Notes under the pieces: generated by a model
Seen by the model: the letters and a program-made list of their open reading frames with translations, nothing else
Told to the model about the DNA's origin: nothing
The model's database searches: none
Assembly: GCF_006345805.1 (NCBI RefSeq)
Contig: NC_042999.1
Location: 120,962,001 to 121,026,000 of the forward strand
DNA: 64,000 nt
Source: Octopus sinensis
Taxonomy: Eukaryota
Direction: 5' to 3'
Translations under genes and position numbers: made by a program
Part shown: positions 40,735 to 51,500 of the stretch, in pieces
Layout of the letters: each line of letters opens with the position of its first letter
How positions within the stretch are numbered: the stretch's first letter is position 1

Positions 40735-41041
40735 GTAAGCACCGGTCTTCGATGAAGGAGTCCCCTTGCAAATAATATATAACGTTTTTCACAGTAACCA
40801 CTGTCACTGATGTAGAAAAACTGTCTGAAAGCAATAATAAATCTCTGAACGAGATATAAACAGTAACCGCTCGACAACGTAAGGGGTATTAGCCATCTGA
40901 ATGTGGCTAGCCACTGGGGGGGTGTTACTGATGCTTTTAGCCCCAGGCGATCAACGTCACCAGAAGGACTTTAGACACTATCTCAGTGCCCTTGTGTTAT
41001 TTGCAAAGGGAGGTCATCCTCCCTCGAAGACCCGAGTACTA

Positions 41042-41086
41042 CATACGGACTATAGTTTCAAGGTAATTGCCTCTCGTCAACGCATG
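41042..41086 (-). ncRNA. Type I hammerhead ribozyme motif, copy 2
   Basis: Identical to copy 1, 352 bp away. Confidence 0.8.
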
Positions 41087-41203
41087 GTAAGCACCGGTCT
41101 TCGATGAAGGAGTCCCCGAGCAAATAATATATAACGTTTTTCACAGCAACCACTGTCACTGATGTAGAAAAACTGTCTGAAAACAATAATAAATCTCTGA
41201 ACG

Positions 41204-41410
41204 GGCTAAAAGCATCAGTAACCCCCCCCCCCAGTGGCTAGCCACATTCAGATGGCTAATACCCCTTACGTTGTCGAGCGGTTACTGTTTATATCTCGTT
41301 CAGAGATTTATTATTGTTTTCAGACAGTTTTTCTACATCAGTGACAGTGGTTACTGTGAAAAACGTTATATATTATTTGCAGGGAGACTCCTTCATCGAA
41401 GACCGGTGCT
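41204..41410 (+). repeat. Inverted partial copy of the 352-bp unit spanning a monomer junction
   Basis: GGCTAAAAGCATCAGTAACC...GAGATTTATTATTG|TTTTCAGACAG...GAAGACCGGTGCT is the reverse complement of the unit end plus unit start. Confidence 0.9.
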
Positions 41411-43746
41411 CTGTTGTGCCTTACACGGATCACAAACTTGTAACGTGTGAGGTACATGTAGATAAATGCCATAGACAAGGTCCCGGGTACTGGAAGATGA
41501 ACAAGTCTATTTTGACCTGTGAAGCTTTCCGTACTCGGATTAAGGAATTAGTACAGAGGGCATTATGTGGCACCATCATTAATAATAGATAGTGGCTCGC
41601 CCTCAAAAGAGCCATCCGTTTGGAGTCCATTAGATTTAGCAAACAGCTAAGTTTAGATAGGACTAGAATAGAGGGCGAGTTATTTAAGAACTTAGACGAG
41701 GCTATGGAATCTGGCTGTGCATCCGGAGTGTTGGCAGCGAGAGCGGTATTGTACCGTCACCTCAACGCCAAGCACGAGGGGTGTAGAGTCAGAGCTAAGT
41801 TACGTGCAGGAAAACGAGAAAGTATTAACGTTGCCGGATGGGCCCGTCGTGAGGAGAGTCAGAAGGGCAAAAAGTCCTGTATTATGTCCTCAACTGAAGA
41901 ACAGGACCGCAAGATCTATGGACAGGAGGAGATGCAGAAGGTCCTTCACCAGCATTTCGCACGGCTGTTTGGGGACGGTGGTCCGCTCGAGCGTGGGGAG
42001 ACCTTAAAGGACTTCCTAGCCGGTGGGCCTCGGCTCTCGGCAGGTGAGGCGGAGTGCTGTGAAGGATCGATCTCTCCCGCGGAGGTAAGAGGGGTTATGG
42101 CCGAGTGCGCCGGGGAAAAGTCGCCGGGATTGGATGGTCTACCCTATGAATTTTATTGTTGTATGCCGGACTTGTTCGGGGATATACTGGCAAGCGTCTA
42201 TGCAAACTGGCAACAGAATGGGAGGATTCCCAGCTCTGTGAGTCGGGGAGTTGTGACGCTGGTCCAGAAAGACCCGAGCAAGGGGGACAGTATTAGTAAT
42301 TACAGGCTCATAACTCTACTTAATGTAGAGTTTAAGATTTTGGCCAAGGTGTTGGCAAAAAGGTTGACGGCTGTCGTGGAGAAACTTGTCGGGAAGGCAC
42401 AGACATGTGCAATCCCAGGCAGGTCGATCCAGGATAATCTTCACCTTCTCCGCTACACTATAGATAGGGTCGGGAAATTAGACGGCAAAGGAGGGGCATT
42501 GGTCCATTTAGACCAAAGTAAAGCGTTTGATAGGGTAGACCATCGGTACTTGGCGGCGGTTCTCGAAGCGGCTGGGCTGGGCCCTGGCTTCTGCGGGTGG
42601 ATCTCAGCTATGTACAGCGGCATCAAGTCCACAGTCCAGGTGGCACAGATGTTTATAGCCTCTGTAGTCACCTACCGCCTGACCGTCGTGCCTTGCCCCG
42701 ATTCGTGGTTAAACAAGTTGGAACGACTCCTTTTCCGCTTTTTGTGGAAAGGAGGAAAGCCACTTGTGAGACGCTCCGTGTGTTGCCAGGAACCGCTAAA
42801 GGGTGGACTGGGGATGCCTTTGCTAATGATGCGCAAGCATGCGTTGAGGCTGAGACACCTCTGGTGTTACCTGGAGGATGATAAGGTGTGGAGTTCGCTG
42901 GCAGAGGAATTCTTCCCGCGACCGGCCTCTATGGAGGGATTTACACCCGGTCTCATTAAAGGACGTAAACTGACTTCATGGCAGAAGGAGTGCCGACAGG
43001 CACTCTGGCTGATCCACAAGATGGGTAAGGCCGGCAGCGGGAATACCACCTCGGTGTTCTATAAAGGGCTGGTAAAGGGAAAAAATGACGACGTCCTAGG
43101 AAGGGCTCTGGGGTTCGATGAGGATCAACTCTCCAACCTGTTTAAGAAGACTTTCAGGTCGGGGTATTTGGATAATTACCAAAAATCCCTGACCTGGCAG
43201 TGCTATAGGAATGCATTACCTGTTCGCGAGAAGTTATCCAGGCACGGAATGTCAGTGCCACCGACGTGTCCAAGATGTGGGTTGGACGATGAAACCGTTC
43301 AACACGCTTTTGTACAATGTCGGGAGCTGTCAGGCTTGATAAGTTACGTGGAACACGTGTTGTCGCATCTGGGACGAGTACAGCTGTCGGCTGGATCTAT
43401 GATTAAGATGATACCGGCAACTGGACTCTCAAAGGAAGGTAAGGCTTGTTTTTACTGTACGGTGGCAGTATTGAAAGAGTGTGTATGGAGAACTAGAGTG
43501 GAAGGTCTAGTGAAAGGGTCCTTTATCTCTGGCCCCGGTTTGTTAAAACACTTCGGATATCATCTGAAGAGCAAGATGGGGTTGGAGAAGAGGAGCATGC
43601 CACAGAAAGAGTATATGGAACGTTGGAAGGATGTGATGAGAAAGGAAAAACCAGCTGCTGGGATTTATAGGCTGCCGGGTTCAAAATTGAAACTGGTACC
43701 TCCCATTACCTTTCACTGTACAAAGAAAAGAAAACATACGCACTAA
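41407..43746 (+). pseudogene. L1/Tx1-like ORF2, 5'-truncated, with one TAG (41590-41592) and an in-frame deletion of the RT catalytic core
   Basis: YTDHKLV, GPGYWKMN, PGLDGLPYEFY, NYRLITLLNVEFKILAK, LDQSKAFDRVDH, then STVQV|AQMF with no QG.PLSP or YADD, and a C-terminal CPRC...ETVQHAFVQC zinc knuckle. Confidence 0.92.
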
Positions 43747-43889
43747 AAGTTCTCGTGATAAAGGCAAAAGTAAGCCAAGGTTTCGTTTCAAGGCAAAGTA
43801 AGCCAAGTTTTCGTTCAAGTTACATAAAATTTTATTTTTGTAATTTTTATAATTTCATTCGAACTCGCATAGCATTTTTGTAATTGTTT

Positions 43890-44032
43890 ATCTTAGCTGT
43901 TCGGCAAAAGTGTCCGATAGAATAAGAACTAGGCTTACAAAGAATAAATCTCGGAGTCGATTTCTTCGACTAAAACCCTTCAAGGTGCTCCAGCATGGCC
44001 GTAGTCAAACGACTGAAACAAGTAAAATAATA
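43890..44032 (+). mobile_element. 3' end of the SINE family of 19607-20010
   Basis: TTAGCTGTTCGGCAAAAG...CCAGCATGGCCGTAGTCAAACGACTGAAACAAGTAAAA. Confidence 0.8.
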
Positions 44033-44212
44033 AAACAATATATATAAATACATATGTATATAATTTGATTTGAAAACCCCACTGGAATGGGAGAAAGCGC
44101 TAATAATCTAAATGATATAATCTGAATGATATGATATATATATGTAAAAAATGTAATATATAAATAAATATCTATAAATATGAACCATACGATCTTCTGA
44201 TTACCTCATTTC

Positions 44213-44250
<38 letters not shown>

Positions 44251-46401
44251 TATATATATATGAAAATATACATACACACTCATATCATATGTATACACAC
44301 ACGCACACGTACACATTAATGTAAATTAAGGATCTTTTAATGCATTTAGTTCCATACATAGGTTTTATTAATATTTACGAGAAAATGTTTGCAATGACTC
44401 CGAAATATGGGTTTACTGGATCTCAGTAGACCGTCTGACATTCTGGTGATTGCTAGAAAACCAAAGAAATCACTATCAACTTCTTCCGTGAAAAGTATTA
44501 TTTGTGTGTGTGTGTGCGCTCGTGCGTGTGTGCGCGCGCGCGTGTGTGTGTGTGAGTGTGTGTGTGTGTGTGTGTGTTAACGATGGAACTTTTAAGTTAA
44601 GATATTTTGGAAAATATATCACATGTGTGAAGAGCGAGTTAGAATGAAACAATTTTGGAATGTAAGGCTCGTGAAAGAATAAAGATTACTGGAGCAGATT
44701 AAAATATAATTTCGATATTGTTTGATAACCTAACATTTCCTTCGTCTAATGTTTAAATTTTTAAATTATTCATTTCCTTTCTGTGTATTTTAATAAACGA
44801 ATCGAATAATTCTGACAGGTTTGTATATATGGGTGGTAAGGTTGAATTGTCTAATATATCTATTTTGTAGTTATCTAGAATTGGATGATATAAAATTAAA
44901 GTTTTTAAAATATTATGAGAATGTTTATCATGAAGTAGATTTGTGACGTTTAATGAAAAATATGTATTAGCATTACGCATAATCTTTATACTTTAAAGAT
45001 ATCATAATGCAAGATATGTAATCTATAGTATTACAAATGTAAGTATTGTTGCTAGAGTAATAAATACTGGTGTAATAATATTTATAATGATATTAATATT
45101 TCTGGATAAAGAAATAAACTAGTATTAATTGTGTTAATATTATGAATCTTATTACATGTAATCTAATGATATGAGAGTGATCTCAACTTTTAAGAGCGTT
45201 TGTTAAAGGAGAAGCTCATATCACGAAGTGAATATTTCATTTTAAATGTATTTACAGAGGGTTTAGTGGGATTAATGTGAATACGTACTGATATATTGGA
45301 CAATAACAAAATTGCTTCAGAAATAATATAGAAAGCTAGAAATATTGTCATCTGCACCTTGATTTGAACTACTTAGGATATTGTTAGTGAATTAATGCTG
45401 TCAGCTCAAAGGTGTGATTACAAGCTAGTTTACTGTATTAGTTAATACGCTAGCTGAAAGCCTCTTAGCAATAGTCAAAAACTGTAGCCTCGGAAGGATA
45501 GTGGTGTCTCTATAACAAGAAAGGATAATTTAGGCAATTACATTTAAAGTTAGAGGTTGCAAGAAGTTCGAAACACATTTACAAATTTATGATTATTAGG
45601 AAGTTTAGTTCAATAGTGGGATAAGTAGGAAAGGAAGATCACCTATTTATATTTATACAAAAATGTGTTATATGAAATATCACGTGCGTAAATTCTATTA
45701 ATAAAGTAGGATAGAATGAAAAAATCATATAGGACAGTAGATGATTTTTTGACACCTACACATAGTATAAGTATTATATAAGATATCAACATTTCAGGAT
45801 AGAGAAAATTTTTGAAATGCTAGAATGTCTTAAACGCTTTTGTGGGGATGAGGAAGTACGTTTGGAGTGGTAGTTAAGATGAGGTATTTTATTACTAAGG
45901 ATTTTCAAGTTCTCCGCAACACATATAGCTGACAACGTGTTTTTTTTTTTTGTTTTTTTGTTTTTTGTTAGTGATAGTCTGCAACTCCAAGTTTAATAAC
46001 TAAATAGCATCAGACTTATAAATTAGGGCAAAAGAAAAAAATCCGGTGCTAAATATACCGAGAATAGACTTTACATCGTCAATAACCGCACATAATTCAT
46101 CACTATAAGCACACGTCTCGAAGCAAGCTAACAGAAATTTCTAAAAAAATTCAGTTATTACTGAATCGGTCCGATTTCTGAGTTAATTCATAAAGAATTT
46201 TCTCGTCATCAGCGATAATTGCTTTAAGAAATAAATGAAATACTTGCACCCATGGAAAAACCAGACGCAAAGTCATGTGTACACTTAAGTACCCCAAATA
46301 TATCCAAATAGAAATATTGCCGTACACCTCGAGACACGTGCGATCAGACTGAAAATTCTCATAGAGTAGGAGATAGTTCGGAAGGAAATGGTAATAAATT
46401 T

Positions 46402-46739
46402 ACATCTAATATAGGATAAACTTTTCAAAAATATTATCAGTGGCCAGCATATTAATAAATATCTTTTAAGGTGAAAATTATAAATAAATTATAAATAAGG
46501 GCAAAAGAATAAACTTCCAATGCCGAATATGCCGAGAATAGACTTTAAATTGCTTCGAGACGCGTGATGAATTATATGTGCTTACTGACGATTTCAAGTC
46601 TATTCTGGGCATATTTGGCATTGGATTTGTTTTCTTTTGCCCTTATTTATAAGTTGTTTATAATTTTCACCTTAAAAGAAACTTTTTAATATGCTGGCCA
46701 CTGATAAATTTTTTTGAAAATGTTATCCTATATTAGATG
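46402..46739. mobile_element. MITE-like element with ~145-bp imperfect inverted arms; related third arm copy at about 46022-46110
   Basis: CATCTAATATAGGATAA...CAGTGGCCAGCATATT...GAGAATAGACTT is mirrored by AAGTCTATTCT...AATATGCTGGCCACTG...TTATCCTATATTAGATG. Confidence 0.75.
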
Positions 46740-46804
46740 ATATATATGTATATGTATATATATGTGTACATATATGTGTGTGTGTGTACGTATGTATGTA
46801 TATA

Positions 46805-47295
46805 TCGATTCACCCCTCAACTTCTCCCACCCTATACACACCGAGCTCTCCATCCACTACTACCAATTCCTCCGTCTGCGCAGGCTCTGCAGTGACAAGC
46901 ATGACTTTGATACCCAGTCTGAACTCATGGCTCACCACTTCATCCTACGTGGATATCTCCTCACCACTATCCACACCGCCCTTGCCAGAGCACGTTCCGT
47001 GGACCGTGCATCTGCTCTCTCTCTCTCGCCGCACTCACCCCGCCGTCATCCGTCTCCCGTTTACCCTCACCTACCACTCCTCCACGCTACCTCTCTAACG
47101 CAATTCCAGTCCGACCCCTCCACTTCGGACATCTTCCCTAACCTACTCCTCCCCTCCATCAAACGAGCCCACAACCTACGTGACCTCCTGGTCCACAGTT
47201 TCTTCCCTAACTGACCTCCCAGTCTGACTCCTCCCCCTGCTCCCGCCACGCTGCTGCACTTGCACTTACCTCTCCAACACCACCATCCTCACTGG
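46805..47295 (+). mobile_element. C-rich Penelope-like fragment (thumb plus Cys linker), a different family
   Basis: LNFSHPIHTELSIHYYQFLRLRRLCSD...FILRGY...KRAHNLRDLLVHS, then a Cys-rich linker (CCTCTYL). Confidence 0.8.
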
Positions 47296-48029
47296 CAATG
47301 GGCTACCTGTAGGTAATAATATATTAGGACTCATTATCTACCTTTGGAAACCCCCTTTCCCTGTACATAAAAGAAAATTGGAAAAGATTCCTAGACGACT
47401 GTTTCATACTCTGGAATAAAAACACAGATAAACTCCTGAAATTCAAAAGACAATTGAACAGCGTCAACCCAAACATACAGTTCACAATGGAGTACAACCA
47501 AAAGGAGCTTCTATTCTTAGATATACTAATTAAAAAAATAAACCTAAAAATAGAGACTGACATATTTTACAAAACCACAGACGCCAAACAATATCTACTA
47601 TTTAATTCATGCCACCCAACACACACCAAAACAAACATTCCCTTCAACCTTGCAAGAAGGATATAAAGGAAAAAAAATATAAACAAAAACCTAACCACTT
47701 GTAACATTCTATTCCTTCTAAACCAAATCATGTTAAATTAATCAGGCCTAGTCATTCCCAACAGTTTTGATTATCTCCCTTATACCGGAAAATCCCTGAT
47801 TACCTTTCCCTACCTGGAACTCCATATTTCACGACATAGCGAAGATATGATACGATATAGGAAAAGAAATTTGAGAAATTTGAAAAGAAATTACGAAACC
47901 GGTTATTTCTCCAAAAACTATTTTACTATACGCAAAATTTTATAACATTTTTCTAACATAACGATTTAAATATATTCTTTAACCATATAACACAAGCCTT
48001 CTGTACCTTTTTCACTCTTTTTGTCTTTC

Positions 48030-48030
<1 letters not shown>
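47296..48030 (+). mobile_element. Diverged, internally deleted copy of the palindrome PLE family
   Basis: Aligns by eye to 4013-4380 (KENWKRFLDD...PFNLARRI), then jumps to the 3' region and ends in (TA)n. Confidence 0.88.
47873..47911 (+). ncRNA. Minimal type I hammerhead motif (U3-A8 variant)
   Basis: GAGAAAU-UUGAAAA-G AAAUUA C-GAAA-CCGG-UU-AUUUCUC; 7-bp stem I. Confidence 0.6.
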
Positions 48031-48100
<70 letters not shown>

Positions 48101-48254
48101 TGAATATCAACCGAATATTCGAGGAAGTTATTGGTGGAAGAGGATTGCAAGCATAATTGGTAAATAAATCCATATTGGATAAGTTTGTATACTACGGGTG
48201 AAATTTAATATATGTAAGAAATGGCTTTGCTGGAAAGAGAAAATATCAAGCGCA

Positions 48255-48560
48255 ATCACTGTATTGTGGTAAAGAAGTTAAGTTTTCAACTACATGGCTT
48301 CGGATTCAGTCTCAATACGCAAAACTTTTCTACTATAGTCCGGTTGACCAATAATTTGTTATTCACTCTGATAGTTAGTAACTGTATTGAAGCCTGATGT
48401 GCATGTAAATGTATTTGTATGCTTATATGTATATCCGTATATGTTTCAATAGATCTATGTATACTAATCTGTATTAGTGTCGCACCGCTTGATAATCGAT
48501 GCTACTCTAAGTCCCCGTCAGCTAGATGTTCGATAAAACTAAACCAATAGCACAAGTACA
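48255..48560 (+). mobile_element. Highly degraded SINE (family of 19607-20010)
   Basis: TGTGGTAAAG...GGATTCAGTCTC...TTCTACTATAG...GCTTGATAATCGATGCT...GTCCCCGT. Confidence 0.55.
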
Positions 48561-51500
48561 AGAAACACAATGATTCTTTGAGTAGAATTAATCAACTAAC
48601 CCTTCGTATCCAATGAATGAGTTTAATAAAAGCCTAGTTATGTCTTCCAATAAAAAAAAATATATAGCCTCACTCATGGAACTCCAGTAGCGTTTTCATA
48701 ATTTGCAGAATGACGGCGTCACTGACCGCGATTAGAGACAGCTTGGATAGCAATTATTCGTAATGTGTACATTTAAATATCTTCAAATAATAATTGAGCA
48801 GTTGTTTGCAGGACATGTTCCGCTCTGTTTATAAACATTCAGTGTTATACGTTGGAATATCCTATATAGCAAAGTACCCCTCTTGATTCATTCAAATGAA
48901 TACGACGAGAAATCACATTAGGCTTTATGATATTAGGTAAGACTTTGAACACTTTTGATTGTGGCGACATAAATAGCACAATGAAAACAGCAGAATTTAA
49001 TTTAAAATACACTACATGTAGGAGAGAAAAGGAGAATAAACAGTTAATAGCAAGAAAGGCAGGTAAGAGACAGATACGTTTCGTGTCCCGAAGCGTTGCT
49101 TCTTGTTCTTTTCTATTTCAAATTAGTGTTTAGAGTATTATATCCTTTTTGTTGAAAATTCTCAGCAATTCTTTCATAATATAGCAGGTAGGAGAAATTA
49201 TTTTTTGTTGATGGTTTAAGCTAAAAAGATATCTTCTATCAGCATTACAACGGTTACAGACACTTCAAGTCGTTAATTTTGTTTTTGATGAGATAGAATA
49301 TTAAGTAACACTTTCAATACTTTACCCTTTATTGCCTATCATACTTACTAATTAATCGCAGCTTTATTTTAATTATACTGATTTCAGAAAGAAGAAACGT
49401 AAAGCGCTTTGGCAACTTAGGGATTTTCAATTTGTTCTTGTCAGTCTAAGATTTATATGTTCATATCCGATTGTCTAACTTCATACTACCTCTCTTGATT
49501 TTACTTTTTTGTGAAAATTTACATAATTTTTGCAGTTATATAAACTGTAAAGGCTTTACGTAACATCTTTTGCATTAATTATAAAGATCATTGTTTTCCC
49601 CATTTGTTCATTTTTGTATTTTTTACTTTTGTTTTGGTTTTTTTCTTCTAATTACAAGCATTATCTGATAGAAAGTTCAGCTGTCTTCATGGCAGTGAAG
49701 AGCTGTATTAAATATGGAAACGGTGTACATCTAACAAAACAATCGTTCTGGTTTATCAAGTAAAAACATTTGTAAAATGTCCAGAATAAATGACTTGACA
49801 ATAATTTGAGTATACTCTTTATGCCAATTTGTAAAATTAAATTTTAAACCAAAGTTGAATCTCCTCTAGAAGAAACGCCTTCTGCCAATATATTGAAATT
49901 GCAATTATTAGAGTAATTATCAAAATTTTGCAATTGCTGAAGCCACCGACCATATTTCAATTTTGAGAACATTTATTTTTTAGAGCTGAAGATTATGCAC
50001 AGTATATACAGTATACAGAGTATTAAAATTATACACAGTATAAGTAATGCAGCATTATTGTTTTGTTTTACCTTCCTTCTAGTCCTTTGTTCTAACTATG
50101 AATCCAAAGCTATATATATATGTATATATATATATAAATTTACCTCAAAGAAAAGGGAACATTTCCGAAACTCTCCGCATGAAAATAGCTATATTATTAT
50201 TCAAATTGTTTTCACATCTGAAAGTAGAAATATTTGTTTAGTGACTGTTTATAAAAACAATTAATCTGCTCGTTCAACTTTTTATGCTTTTACCTAGTGG
50301 AATTATAAACAGCAGACGTTTTTCTAATAGCTTGAGCAACCACTAAGTACACGTACAGCACTTTAACAACATTACCTGACCATAGAGTGTTTGGGGAAAT
50401 CAATAATTCGTGACTTACATCAAAAGTGTAAAACGAAGCGTCCTATTTATCACCCATTAGAAGAGAAAATTACTTTCGATAATCCTTCACAGATTTTACT
50501 ATTTTCGTTCATACCGTCACAGTCAATGCATCTGATTACTTCTTCTTGATCACAGCTTCGATGTCAACATTACTTGCGTCATAAAGATTTTTCTCTTCTT
50601 TGTTTTTTTTTATTATAATCCGAAGCAAGTGCAATTTTAGCAATATTATTCATCTAACAAGATGAACCTCTAAACACTTCGGGTGCATTTGTTAATGAGA
50701 GACTGAATCGACAGACTGTCAATAACATAGCTTTAATATATTCCTAACTTATATATCACATTAATTCTAAATGAATGATGAGTTGATGTATAGATATAAA
50801 TCAATGTCTTGTGGAGTCTGAAACGTAACATCTAAGCAACGGTTTTATCGTAACAGAGATATGTATCTTATTAACTATATCATTTGCAATAAAGGATGAT
50901 TGAATATGTTAAAAATATGAAATTTCTTTTGTTCTGCTTATTTATTGTACATAGTTAAGTTAATGATTATAGACTATACACAATTATGAATTGATGGAAT
51001 TTGTAATAACGTAGTCTCTGTCACTACTGGATAAACAACAAAGCTGTCAATATGAATGATTTACCAATCTATTGAAGAATATTAAATGGTAAGATATATT
51101 TAACAAAACGACGAAAAATATTACCGAAATTAATTGCAGCATTCAAGAATATTCTGAACTTAATATAGTATTCATTGTTCAAATAAGATTTCGTATGAAT
51201 TTACTAAAAGAAATATATATTTTCGTTAAATTCGTTACTGGTTACTGGTCTGGTAATCGATACTCTATTGTCCGGGAAGAGGTTTTTCATTAGCCATTAG
51301 CAAGTGCCACACAACAACGATATATGCTACACCTATGCGAAATTGAAACAAGTAAGGATATGTTTTCTTAGTGTTGAGAATATTCGACTGAAAATTTGGG
51401 GATAAATAAGAGTGTGGATTCATGGTTGTTAATGATTAGTTTAAACTGTTTCAAATATCTAATCAACAGGATCTTGAAATATTTTATGTCAGAACTCAGC

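Larger units (their letters stand above)
40478..41203 (-). mobile_element. Tandem array of a 352-354 bp unit (two full copies plus 20 nt) with one hammerhead per unit; retrozyme-like or PLE pLTR-like
   Basis: Unit starts (CAATAATAAATCTCTGAACG) at 40478, 40832 and 41184. The minus-strand 3' end abuts (TA)n. Confidence 0.8.

Noticed and set aside
41156-41190. CUGAUGU...GAAA on the plus strand of the 352-bp unit
   Set aside because: A9 is U and no stem I or stem III partner exists. The minus-strand motif is the well-formed one.
40478-41203. CRISPR-like or plain satellite interpretation of the tandem repeat
   Set aside because: There are no unique spacers and the context is eukaryotic. Only two full units with an embedded ribozyme fold do not fit a satellite array.
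44700-45900. Possible very old minus-strand LINE
   Set aside because: Compositional hints only. I could not read any diagnostic motif with confidence.
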